Source of the DNA: Chrysomallon squamiferum
Lineage: Eukaryota > Animalia > Mollusca
Direction of reading: 5' to 3'
Length of the DNA stretch: 64,000 bases
NCBI GenBank assembly: GCA_012295275.1
Contig: CM022669.1
Location: 7,378,001-7,442,000, forward strand
In this document: positions 1 through 13,984 of the stretch, in pieces
Numbering within the stretch: the stretch's first letter is position 1
How the letters are laid out: each line of letters opens with the position of its first letter
Position numbers and translations under genes: made by a program
The notes under the pieces: generated by a model
What the model was told of the DNA's origin: nothing
What the model saw: the letters and a program-made list of their open reading frames with translations, nothing else
The model's database searches: none

Positions 1-192
1 TTTTGGATTTTTGGAAATAAAATATTTCTTACATATTACGAATAACTTAATATAGACTGTCTACTATCTGAATTTAAAGTTTAGAAATTACAAAAGTATG
101 TTTCAATAGTACTAAATATATTTTTGATGTTTTTTTTTTTTCTTCTAAATGCTTCGGCACGATTAAAGTTTTAAAATAGAGGATGATTTTGA

Positions 193-224
<32 letters not shown>

Positions 225-3200
225 CAACAGTTGTAATGATCATGATGTTAACAAACAAAAAGAAATGAGGAGTACATCGAAGAAAAATCCAACACACTGT
301 AATTGTATCACATATTTTGCAATTTATTTTCGTTATTTATATGCATTTTGGTTTCTTCTGTTTTATTTGTTGATTTTTTTTTACTTTTGCATTTTTCTGT
401 CCTTAGTATGTATTTTCATTTGTTTGACATACGTTTTTTGAAAATGAAGAAAAATAATAAGATTAAATAAATTAGTTTATTTAATTATTAGATTTTCAAC
501 GCCATTACCCCAATCTAGACACATCCAGTCAGCAGAATAAATACAGTAAATTATTTCTTTCCTTCTTTTTCTTTTTTCTTTCTTTCATTTTTCTTCTTTT
601 TTTTTTTCTTTTTTTATTTTATTTTATTTTATTTTTTTTTAGTTTCTTTCTTTCTTCTTCTTCTTCTTTTTTTTTTTTTTTTCAAAAATCGAGATTTACC
701 CAAACCCGACCATTTGGAAACAACGAAAATACGTTAAGTGTCATTAATGGATGTGAGGTTGGCCAAAATGACGTCTGCCTAGTAAATGTTGACAAGCCAT
801 CAGCCGTTCTGCTCTTGTTCAATAATTTTCTCATCACATTCTCTTTAACCAATTACTTAATCAGAATTCAATTCACTTTGTCTCTCGTCGTTCCTCGTAA
901 CGATGTTATTTCAGCTCTATCACCGTCTTTGTAGTTATCGCGTACTGTGGGTTATCGTTCGCAAATTTTAATGTCACCAATGGGCAACTCGATTGGCCTC
1001 TCATTATATCACACAATGAAATTAGCGCCCTCTGTCAACAATTATCGCCAATCGAACATTCATTCTCCAGCTAACACGGGCTCCGGGCTGCCGAAGCCAA
1101 TTGGTTAATCAAAAGGTTTAGCGCCAACAAAAGCGAGGCCGCTACAACGAGCTTTGAATAAAGGCGATGCGCCGCTTGAAAGAATAAGACAATTTGGCAA
1201 ACTCGGTCCCCATCGTCGGCGTTTGTTGTCGTCCTCGGCGTTCTGTACAAACGAGTTTAATCGGCATCATCGAAGCTCATTGACGAAGTGAAGGGAACAA
1301 AAGGCGTGAAAGAAAAAAGGTGACCAGAACTGCGAAGAATCCCAAGACGAGCAAGTGTTTGATGGAGAAAGCCATCTGCCATAGATATGATATTATTAAC
1401 ACTTGAAACAAACACTGCTGTGACGATTAACACGTTTGCTCTTCAGATGTTGGTCTTGCATCGTCTTGAGAAAACACTTCACCATTCGAAACATTGGTTT
1501 TCATTACGTTACACTACGTTACGTTACATTTCATTTCATTTCATTACGTTACACTGCATTACATTTCATTTCAGTACTCTAGACTACAGTGTATTTCACT
1601 ACACTGCACTGCACTATATTTTTTATTACACTGTGTTATACAACACTACACTATATTTCACTATACTGCACTGCACTGCCTCGTTACGATACACTACACT
1701 ACGTTATATCTCATTACACTACAATGCAGTACTTATACACTAAACTACACTTCACTACAACACACACAACACAACACATTACACTATACTACAACACACA
1801 AAAATACTACACATTACACTACACTATACTACATTACGTGGTCTCCTCCCATTTGTTCGACATTCCAAGTGTCACACAGCTTATAACAACACAAATCATG
1901 TCTGAGTGAAGAATAGATCACGTGACTTCCACCTAGCATGCAATAACAGATTATCTTCCCAGTTGTTACTGTCAGCTTGGGGAATAATTAAGCAAACTCC
2001 TGCTAACAATTAAAAAACGAGACCAGAAATACAGATTTATTATAAATTCAGTCACATAACACGAGAATAATATACATTTTTTATTTCATGGGGACATTAA
2101 GTATATGTACCTGTGTCAAGTATACAAACAATTTAGCATTATTATTTTTGTACAACTAGATACTTTCTAAGCTATTAAGTTTTATTGTTATTATTATTAT
2201 TATTATTTTTGCAATACAATATACTGAACCACACTATACTACACTATACAAAATTCAATTAAAATAATAATAAAATATGCTTGTTTGTTAACCTTTCAAA
2301 CAAAGTAAAAACGTTAATTATTTTTTTTTAAATGAGTGGGAAAAGTCTAAAAAGACCGAGTCGCCACAGTCCCAAAGAATGACGTTTGTGTGGTTTAAGA
2401 AAAGAATTCACTGCAATGTGACTTTGCCATCAAGATTTAACTGGTGGTTACGAGATCGCGTCCATTTTGCTTCTGTAATGGAATATTAGATAACATTTCT
2501 TCTTTGTTCAGTAAACAGTCTTTGCTTTTCATTCAACCTTCAACCCATTTATTATCATCATCATCATTATTATTATTATTATTATTATTTATTTATTTAT
2601 TTTATTTATTTTCTTACATTTTTTTTTTTAATTTTAGTTCTGCGTGTCTGTTTGTGTTTGTTGTTGGTTTTGTTTTTAAATATATTCTTGTTGAGGAAGA
2701 AAAGAAATAATATTACGACGTTTAGTGACAAAAAAACGTTTCTGGAGCATATACATATATATTTCTGAATCTTTTTCTTTTCAATAAATCAGCGTATGTA
2801 TATGTTAAGTGTTTAATTATGTGTGCGTATACGTATATGTGTGTTATTTTAACATTCTATTTAATCTATAAAACTGATATTATTTTGATTTACTAAATAC
2901 ATGTATTTAAATACAGCTATAATTTACTTAATAAAATGAATGCTAAATTGTTATTAAATATTCGGAAAATTATTCATGAAAGCTTCATTGTATTATTTTA
3001 TTTTCTTCTCTTCATTATTGTCACAGTTTCATAGCGACCGCGTTTCATTATAGAATTTACATTGTTAGCAAAGTTAATGACAGTTTAATGCGACATTCCA
3101 CATACTTCACCCTTACGAAATCCCAGAGGTTTTTAAACTCTCTGTCCAGATTTACACTCGAGGGCTTCGTTCACCGGAGCAGGAGGAACGGACAAGCGAG

Positions 3201-3676
3201 TAGGAAAACCCCCCTCGAGATTCTCTAATCGGCCTAATTTAATCTCACGTTATTAAATTAATTAAAGTACACTTCGTCTGATTCTCATTAGAAAGAATTT
3301 ATGACTTTCGACGTGTAGTTAAATGCCTTATTAGGGCGGATTACGCCGGCAGTCGTCTGCTTCGGGGAATTCCCACGCTGTTGTAACGAGAGTCGTGATT
3401 GGTCAGTGCAGCGTTCGCGTGTTTATTAGCGATTGTTCGCGGGATAAAGCTTTGTATTAGACGTGTCAGCCGCGACATGTTGTGCGTGTTAAGAAATTGA
3501 AATATTTAAATGCTGTAAACCTTTAAAAACAGTGATTATCATCATCATCATTTTTATCATCACAGTGATCAGCAAGCACTGTAATCCATAACACGTAATG
3601 TTATGTAATTAGAGAAAAAAATAAAAAAATAAAATAAATATTTGTTTTAGGAGATAAAAACTTTTTTAAAATGACT

Positions 3677-3707
<31 letters not shown>

Positions 3708-3723
3708 TTTGTTTGTGATTCAG
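1..3723 (+). other. 3' part of the Rx intron that splits the homeobox
   Basis: No homeobox-coding sequence is visible upstream of the acceptor at 3721-3723, so helices 1-2 must be encoded left of the window. Confidence 0.8.
1495..1840. repeat. Degenerate pentanucleotide satellite (ACACT/TACAC/ATTTC family)
   Basis: Period-5 repeats such as cactacacta and tttcatttca; these explain the overlapping H/Y/T-rich ORFs. Confidence 0.85.
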
Positions 3724-4176
3724 GTATGGTTTCAAAACAGAAGAGCTAAATGGCGAAGACAGGAGAAGTTAGAAGGCGGAAAGATGACAGAGTCGTACCC
3801 AGTAACCTCCGTTAGCAAACACCACCCGAGCCCACTGACGTCAACCCTGCCCCTCGATCCCTGGCTGACCCCGCCCATTGCAAACGCATGCAACATGAAC
3901 AGTGCTGTGACGCAACAAATATCGTCGGCACTGACGTCACTGTCGCCCGTTTTTACGCAAGCCAATATGACGTCATATCCGGGATTCTTTCCTCCAACGT
4001 ACGCATCGAACAGTGCAATAAACTCGAAGATGAACCCATTTTCCAGAATGTTTAACCCTATCTCCGCCAAACTGTGCGAGTCGGACCCCAGAAACACAAG
4101 TATTGCCGCACTTCGAATGAAAGCAAGGGAACACTTGGACACCATCGAAAGAAAACACGCAGGACCTCTATTGTGA
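3724..4176 (+). CDS. rx: Retinal homeobox (Rx/Rax) last coding exon: homeodomain helix 3, Rx domain and C-terminal OAR motif; upstream exons lie left of the window
   Basis: A T-rich tract and CAG acceptor (3721-3723) precede VWFQNRRAKWRRQEK (PRD-class Q50 homeodomain end; the RRQEK tail is typical of Rx). Then come LPLDPWL (Rx-domain motif) and RNTSIAALRMKAREH (OAR), with TGA ending at 4176. The intron position before VWFQ is the canonical PRD-class one. Confidence 0.93.
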   Translation, partial: VWFQNRRAKWRRQEKLEGGKMTESYPVTSVSKHHPSPLTSTLPLDPWLTPPIANACNMNSAVTQQISSALTSLSPVFTQANMTSYPGFFPPTYASNSAINSKMNPFSRMFNPISAKLCESDPRNTSIAALRMKAREHLDTIERKHAGPLL

Positions 4177-4330
4177 AAATAACGCTATGTGAATATTTTC
4201 TCAGTTAAAATTCAATATCTTTTGATGGTCGATATATATATATATAAAAATATATATATATATTATTAAATGTGCTATATGTGTTGAAGGGGACTATGAA
4301 ATAATAAGACGATATCACTGTTGACAATAA

Positions 4331-4393
<63 letters not shown>

Positions 4394-5115
4394 GACTGAT
4401 AAAATAAAGCAAAATCGTTGCAAAACCATTGCATTATTTTCCAGATAACAGGATACACACATTTATACAAGGTGAATTTCAACCAAATAGCAAAGTAATT
4501 AACTAATTAACTAAATAGATAGAGAAAAAGATAAACAGAGGGGTGCACAATGGAGATAAATTAGTCATCGACTTGCATATGCCATGTGGCATTATTTGAA
4601 TTTCATTTTTAAAACTATTTTAATGTTTAAGCTTAAAAAGAAAGAAGAACAGTTTCTTCGATTTGTTTTAACCTGGAGACGCGGGCTTTATGACAACGTC
4701 ACGCAGAGTTTTCTCCCCTCATTTGCAACGGAAAAGTTAATATTGAATATTTTATATTTGGTCTTGATAGAGAACCTCTGTTAGTGCATTTTTTTTTATC
4801 AAGCTTTATAAAAACCGCGTTTATTCGTGGCATAAAACGGCTGTTAGAACAATTTAATAATAAATGAAATAAAGCAATTATCTGAAAACAGACAGAATAT
4901 ATTTAAGCTGTTAATGGCAGGTTGTAATCTTGGAAGTAATTTATTTTTTTATTTTTAAACATTCGTTTTATAAAACGTATTTAAATGTTCTCATTGTGAA
5001 CCACTGATGCATCTTAATGCTTTTGGAGCTGAGTGTGGGTTTCGAAGTCTTGTTTTACTTGATGTAAATTTCATGTGTTGTTTCAAGTGATGTATTATCT
5101 CAGTTTTTAAAATCT

Positions 5116-5170
5116 ATTAAAGATTTAGTGCCAAACGGTGTCTTTCTTTTCTTTGTTAGTTTTGGTTTTT
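5116..5170 (+). other. Candidate Rx polyadenylation signal (ATTAAA plus downstream GT/T-rich element)
   Basis: ATTAAA at 5116-5121 is followed about 17 nt later by GGTGTCTTTCTTTTCTTTGTTAGTTTTGG. Other AATAAA hexamers occur nearby, so the site is uncertain. Confidence 0.3.
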
Positions 5171-6153
5171 TAATTTAGTTGTGAGTATATTAATAGCTAT
5201 GTAATAATAATTATTAATATATTATTAAAAATCCAATATAACTGCACTTAAGAATATTAAAAACAATATTATAATTTATTTATTTTTTATATTGTCGTTG
5301 TTGTTGTTGTATGTCGTCGTTATTAATGTGTGTCTGTCGAACGGACTATAATGATTTAATAAAAATGTGTACTTCCATCGAACATATTACATTTGTGTCT
5401 GGCGGCAGATCTCTGTTAATGAAAGCGTAAGACGACACAGTTTCACTGGAATGAAAAACATGTGACAGTGATGACTGTAACCTCGTGCGAATCATGATAT
5501 TTACTCACTGTGTCTATCACTTACTGCCACGCTTGCAATGTGTTAATAACGTTTAGTTCAGTTTTGTCAGCCATGCGATACCTGGCAGACAAATCAGATA
5601 ACATATTTATTTATAAATCGTTCGTTGAAATGACCAGTGCAAATGTCAGTGTTAACGTCACTGTTAACATAATATTTATAGTTGGTCAGCGGAATGTACA
5701 ATGTCTTAGTTATGAAGTTATATGTTGGATTGCACGTTTCTTCACTTATAGTACTTAATTTAATTTCATAATAATAATAATAATCATAATAATAATAATA
5801 ATAATAATTAATAATTAATAAAAATTCCCTTTTTTCTGTATTTTTCTGTTCGTTTTTTTTTTATAATGTACATTTAAGCATGTTTTAATTCTACAGTTTG
5901 TTATTTCTACGTCCACTGCACAAATTATAACTCGATAACTTGTGTTTTATTTATTTATTTATTTACTTACTAATTGAGTTTGTTCTCGCTTTCAAAATGG
6001 ACATAACGTCGGCAGCATGCAATAAACTGTGAGACAGCTGTATTTTACTGTTTACTGTTCTATTAACAGAAAAACAAAAATAAGATGAAAGTATAGACAA
6101 TGTATTTATCATTATTTTCATAATCAGAACCAATACCATCATCATCCCATATT

Positions 6154-6322
<169 letters not shown>

Positions 6323-6600
6323 AGATACTCAGATAAATTCAATAGATATTCAGCATACGGATGATATTGGTTTTGGAAGTAATCTGTTTTCGTCGTCAAT
6401 GTTTTGTCCACAACAATAGCAGGGCAACACTTTTTATAACGTTCAAGTTAAAGAAAAAAAAACTTACTTATTTGTAATATACACTACAAAATTCTGTTTT
6501 AATCTGATAGCTTATTTTCGAATAAGACGAATAACCATTGTTTTAAGTTAACATGTTGACAGATCCAAACAATTTTTTTTTTTTTATTTTTTTTTAAAAA

Positions 6601-6643
<43 letters not shown>

Positions 6644-6903
6644 TGCCATGATTCTACAATGAGCCATCATTTTTGCTCCTTAAAAATATAAAATATAATT
6701 TTGTTTCTTGTTCATAGTGCCAAAAACACACTATAGGAGTAAATATGCGCAATTATACATAGAAGCATATGTCGAAAATTAGTTCACAGTGATACCCCAA
6801 AAACAAATACTCAGAGATTCCGATATTTATTTATTTATTTATTTACTATTATTATTATTATTGTTGTTGTTGTTATTATTACTTTTACTTATTTATTTAT
6901 TTA

Positions 6904-6943
<40 letters not shown>

Positions 6944-7287
6944 GTTATTGTTATTGTTATTGTTATTATTGTTATTATTATTATTATGTAAAAACTTGTT
7001 AAAATAATCTCGTCTGCAGGAGCTAAAATTTCTATATTATTTAGAGTGACGTCCCCTCTCAAAGCTTCCTGCAATTACTGTCGTTGCGATAAATTTCACA
7101 ATTTATTTTATACGGTTTTTAATAAATAGTTACTATTATTATTATTTCGTTATAGGTTTACTATAGATTTACTGACGATTTCAATGAGAGAAAAAGACTA
7201 AACATTTTTATTTATTTATTTATTTATTTATTATTTTATTTAGTAACAGGTGACGTATTTAAAATAGAAAATGAAATAATAATAATG

Positions 7288-7344
<57 letters not shown>

Positions 7345-7370
7345 TAAAAGAAGTATGTTCAAAAAAGTTA

Positions 7371-7411
<41 letters not shown>

Positions 7412-7729
7412 ATAATAATAATAATAATAATAATCATAATAATTATATTTTTTCACTACAGAATATACAGTATATAATGTAATGCAACTACAATAGATCT
7501 GTATTAATGATATCATTTTCTTGATTAGCAAATAATATTTTATAAAAAGCTACTACTTCTTCCTCAATTATATTCTTCAGCTGGATTTAAAACTTCGTTT
7601 CTAGCTAAATGATTGAGACGTTACAAAAATGAACATTTCTTTATCTAGTGATTAGATCTACAATATATATTTTTGTTCTTGTTTAATTATTTCATCTAAC
7701 TTTATATCTATTTATTTGCCTCTCTTTCT

Positions 7730-7985
<256 letters not shown>

Positions 7986-9548
7986 AAATTTAAATCATGA
8001 AATAAAATATTTTAAAACTTAAACTTATGTGGATGAAAACAAAGACAAATTTATGATTTCGACATACCGGATTTCATTATCAGTTATAATGTTTATATGA
8101 CCCTTATTTTCTGTCGAATAAACAAATAACCAACGCAACCAACAAATATATGTAATAAAATTGACAAGCTTTACAAAATTACTTAAATAATAACTTTATC
8201 CTGTGTTATCTGCATTATAATCATCTCATCAGTCCATTTATCCTTGTCTGTCAATCTGTATTTCTTTTATATTGCTGTCTATTTATCTTCTTTTTTTCTT
8301 TCTTTCTATTATTATTATTATTATTATTAGATTACGTATATATTCATTAATCTACGTTATTACATATTTAGTTTATTTATATACTGCGCTAAAACGATCA
8401 AAAATTATGTCTGCAAGATTATTCCTGTAAACACATAATTGATGTTCAGTTTTAGCTTTTAACCATTGTAGTCTGAAGTGCTTCAGTTGTTATTGCTTCA
8501 CAAGGGCAGCGACATGGCAGAATGTGCGAGAAATACCCATATGTGTTGTAGCTGATAAATTAACTTAATGTACGTGTAAACGAGGGCTTTCTTTTCCAGG
8601 CCCATTTCTATTAAAGCAGCGTTCCCGTTGTCATGGCGATCCAATTTCGACAATTACGCCGTATTACGGCACTTCACTGTTATTGCAAGCAGATAAAAAA
8701 GAGTGACAAAGGGGAAATTATCGATATCGTAATGCGTGTCATGGGCGCTAATTACTGAACAAGGGAACACAAACGAGTCTTCAAATGATGAAGAAAGGGA
8801 GATAATTTCACTAACTTCGTTCTGGCTTTAATTTCATTTAGCGGTTATCATCATGACGAAGAAAAGAACAAGAACGCAAATTGCCACATTCATTAACAGT
8901 GCAGGGGGGGTTGAGGGTTTGTTAGAGAGGGAGGGGAAATATTATTTGACATAAACAGCTGTTGTCTGAAGATAATAATTAATAACGATTACATGAAAAG
9001 GAAACCCATTATGTAATTACGACAAACTGAACTACTATTGACGTATTGCAAGATGGGTTGTCAAGATTCGATAATGGGATACCCGGATTGTGAAAGGGGA
9101 TTGCACAATTGAAATGTGAATGCAAGAAATCGGCTCTGGCAGGCTAGGTCAGTAAAGAAATTAAACAGACGAAAGAAGACTTGTAAAGAAATTCTCGAGC
9201 CTAATTCTTGCTTGACAGGAAAAAAATGAAATTTAATTAGCGTTCAGAATATGAGACGGATTTTATAAGCAGAGGTTGGAGCCAGTTTTTCTCATTACTG
9301 TACTGCATCTGCGTTTGACAACGTTTATAATATTACTTTCTCATGACAGAAACTCCTTATTGAAAAACAAACGTTTCGGTTTAATGATTTTCGTTTTTGA
9401 TTTCATAAATAATATTTTTGTAAATGATATCAATTACAAATATAGTGATATTCTATTTTTCTGTTTTATTGTTATTATCATCATCATCATCGTTATAATT
9501 ATTATTATCATTATAGTATCTTAATCATTAATATTGTTGTTGTTGTGG

Positions 9549-9587
<39 letters not shown>

Positions 9588-9859
9588 TTATTATTATTAT
9601 TATGAAACTTTAATACTTAAAAATAAAACCATACAACCTATACCAATTCCAACAATAAAAACAACTATTATTTAATACAATTAGTTAAAAACTAATCTCA
9701 GATATTAATATAGCTCAAAGAATTTTAAACAGTCAAACAAACAAGAAAGCAAACAAACAAACAAAAAATATAATAATAATAAATAAATAAATAAATAAAT
9801 AAATTTATAGATAAACAGATATACAGATACACCTATAGATAGATCAACAGAGATGTTGA

Positions 9860-9867
9860 TTGATAGG

Positions 9868-9939
<72 letters not shown>

Positions 9940-10065
9940 TGGGACGACAGATAGACAGACAGATGGACAGAAAGAAAGAAAGAAAAAATAGATAGACAGA
10001 CAGACAAACAAAGAGGCAAACAGACAAACAAACAGATAAATAGACAGACAAACAAACAGACAGAA
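9860..10065. repeat. (GATA)n/(GACA)n compound microsatellite
   Basis: Directly visible. Confidence 0.92.
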
Positions 10066-10292
10066 AGCTAAAAAGACTAATAGATTATAAAAACAGGAAC
10101 AACAACTGCTTCAACGACAAAGGTAACGACGACGACAACGTATATCTAGGAACAAAAACAAATAAACCCATGAATTTCGTTTTCTGCCACAAGTATGTCA
10201 ACTCCTTGGTTTTATCACATAGACCAGTTTTGTCAAATTGTTAATGTTTTTATTTATTTATTTACTTACTTAGATACTTTTTTTTATTATTA

Positions 10293-10353
<61 letters not shown>

Positions 10354-11664
10354 TTCTTTATATTATTTTTTTTCTTCTTGTTTTTAACATTTTTCTCAAT
10401 TCCTGAAGAATAAAATAAATCTCAACATTAACAGCAGTATTTCAAAAAAAAAAAAAAAACTTGACTGTTCGTATCACTTTCATTGCAGTGTAAATACAAA
10501 ATATAGTAGATCAAATAACTAAAATCGCATCTAAACGATTTCAAAGGAAGATTAAATGAATCAATGGGAAAAAAAAAAAAAAATACATATTTTTAAAAAG
10601 TTGAACAGAATTCTTCTACATTTTTCTTTTAAATTCAAAAAAAAAAAAAAAAAATAAAAAAAAAAAAAAAATTGTAATATCATTCTTCAAAAAAAACAAC
10701 AACAACAAAACAAATAACAATAATTTAAAAATCCATGGGCTGGAATTAGAAAAGAATCGAAAACAATTTCTGCTCATTTTTAGGGAAAACTTCTTCGCCG
10801 ACGGCTCTCGGGGGTGTCCTAGAGAGCGGCAAGGACATTACTTCCGCTGCGCAGGCTGAACAAGAGGCGCGCGCTGCGCGAGGACGAGAGACTCTCAAAC
10901 CGAGGCCAATAATTGGGTGGACGGCAGACTGGGTTTCTAACCGCCCTGAGCTGAAAAGAATTTATTAAGTTTGTGATCCAAATAGCTTACCAATAATTAC
11001 AGATGTGAGATGAATGGGCAAATTCAATATCATGACGTCCAAATTGAAGAGCCAGTGTTAATACGCGCGCTGTTCTTGGCCAACGACTCTCTCTGTGACT
11101 CATTACCTAGTCGTTGGACAACTCCCGGCTTCAGATATCACCTCCAGCAATTTCAGACAATAGCGCGTCGCATATTGAATTACAGTCTAACGTCCCGATA
11201 AATTGTCAATATTTACATTTAAATAGCGTTAATCACTATCTAAGCAGACCATTTTCTGTTGAAGAAATGAAGTTATTGGAGCGAAATTGGCCACTAACTT
11301 TATTAATCAAGATTCTCACAAATATTTGCCTTAAGCTGTACAAACAACAATATCCGCTGAGTCCCCTATTAACTACTCAGATCTCCTCCGGTGGAAATTT
11401 TCTCATAACGGGAGTAAATTTTTTGGCTATTTGGAGCTAGTTAGAGTAATTTTTCGGATGGCATTTGATTGAATCTATGACGGAAGCGATCTTTTTTTCT
11501 CTCTTTGATCTGAAAAGCGACGGGGAAAGTCCTCTCTCGAAGAAAGTGACTTGTTAGTCTGGGCGTCTGTCAGCAGTAATAAAACTTGAAAGTTCTCAGT
11601 TCCATTTCTGGTGTCCTGTTGTTCTGCATTATAATGAAACAACTGAAGAATGGTAATTGTTTAT

Positions 11665-11908
11665 GTACACATATACATACATACACACATACATACATAC
11701 ATACATATATACATACATACATACATACATACATACATACATACATTCATACACACACATACATATACACATACGTACACACATACGTACATATATACAT
11801 ACACACACATTTATATACATACATACATACATACATGTACACATACATACATACATACATGTACACATACATATATATACATAAATATTCATCCACATAC
11901 ATACATAC

Positions 11909-11943
<35 letters not shown>
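11665..11943. repeat. (ACAT)n/(AC)n compound microsatellite
   Basis: Directly visible. Confidence 0.95.
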
Positions 11944-11945
<2 letters not shown>

Positions 11946-13953
11946 AAGACAGACTATAGATAATTTCCAAACATTTATAACTGAATGGCAGAAATTAATT
12001 AAATAAATGTTATTTGCCAAGCATTGACTCCTAATTTCCACTAATAATAACATTAACAACAACAACAAAACAGTAACGATCATTAATGTACTCCACTTCA
12101 GTCGCGGCCTTGCTTGCATTACTTGTGCAGGGCCGAATTCTATGAAATGCTAATAGCATAAGCTACATAATAATCAACTATTTGCGAAACGAGGAAAATA
12201 AAATTAAAAATTGTTGTCCATTCGTACGGTCAGCGAAGTCTAGTCGACCCGGCAATTTGTCGTTGACTGGCTTTCTATAATGACTGCAATTATCTGTTGT
12301 CAGATGGTTACAAGTTCTTTACGCCAGTTTACGGCGACTACTCTGTAAACGAATAAGCCGACAAAAGACCGCCATTGCCGACTAAACGGCCATGATGGAT
12401 CCATTGTAGTATATTAAATAAAAGCAAGCCATACAACGACGAAATGGGCCGCAGTCGCATAACACAAACTATCGTTGGTGGTGGCGTCGTTATTAAATTA
12501 GCGGGAAGTGAACGCGGCTACGATGGCACTTAGCAAGCAATTTATTTTGAATAAAAGACAAATAATCAATCCAGCTCTGGCTTCATCCTCGCTCCATTGT
12601 CCCCGGCAAATTTGCAAATCTGTGGATAAATATTGTGAAATGAGGGAATTATATCTCTCAATAATGCTAACGAGATTGTGACACGAACAGCCCGTGGTGT
12701 CACGTGAAATTACTCCGGTCTGCTCCATCATTGGCTGGCGAAGGTCTCGCGCGGTTCAGCCAAACCACGTCTGAAACGAGACTAATAGATTGACAATACC
12801 CAATTAGCGCCTCTGTGGAATATTGTCTTAGTTCGCGTTGTAAAACCGACAACTGCACATGACCTGTAACCTCCAGAGACGGCATGAAATATTTAAAAAG
12901 TAAAGCGCGAATAAATAACGAAAAAGGGATGAAATAAAATTGTAAGAAATGTTTAAATAAAAAAAAAAATAAAATAAAATGAAATAAAATAAAACAAATA
13001 ACAAAAACAGAATAAAATGAAATATAATGATGCAAAATATAATATAATATAATATAATATAATATAATAAAATATAATATAATAAAGCAATATAAAATAA
13101 AATATGACCAAAACAAAAGTAGACAATAAAAATTAATAATCACTAACAAAATAAATACACTATCAAATTTTAAAATATTTAGATATGATAAATAAAAGAA
13201 AAAGTGAAAGAGTCAGCAATAAAATAATAATTGTTTGATAATGCAGCTTGTAATATATATATATATATATTTATTTATTTATGATTTTCTTTGGTTTTCA
13301 TTTTTTTACATTTCGCTTTTCTTTATTTTATATTATTTATTACCTGACTGTAATCATAATTTTGTGTTTGTTTTGTTTTTTTCAAAGGTCGACATTGCAT
13401 CATTACGGAAAATAAACTTGATGGAGAAGATGCAGATCATAATCTAAAATAGAATATCACAAACAGCAATAACTAAAATAAATATATTGGTGAAAAAACT
13501 CGTTAAATTATAATAATAATAATAATGGAAAACCAATAAAAAGGCAAGTAAATAATAAATACTAATCAAATCTGAAATATATTGTCGTTGTTCATTTTTT
13601 TTTTTTCCTAAGAATGTTTTATTTTATTTTACTTCATTTTGTTCTTCTAATGTTAATAAATGAATTTAATTTATGCGTGTTTTTAATCATCCTTCAATAT
13701 TTTAAATTTATTTGTAACATAATGAAACAGTAATAATAAAAAAAAAAAAAAAAATTAAAAAAAAAAAAAAAAATAATAATAATAATCAAATAATCAAATA
13801 AACAAATAAACAAAAGTTAAATTTGAAACTACTTTTAATAATACTGGTATGCATTTTAATCGTAACGGTTCTTAATTCCCAACAGCTCCTGTAATTAAAG
13901 TAATTAATTGTCTTTAGTTAATTGATCTAATAAAGTCCTTCAGTATAATTTCT

Positions 13954-13984
<31 letters not shown>

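Noticed and set aside
3732-4158. Minus-strand ORFs over the Rx exon, and alternative-frame or antisense ORFs over hbn exons (24644-24996, 30993-31585)
   Set aside because: Shadow ORFs of GC-richer true coding sequence.
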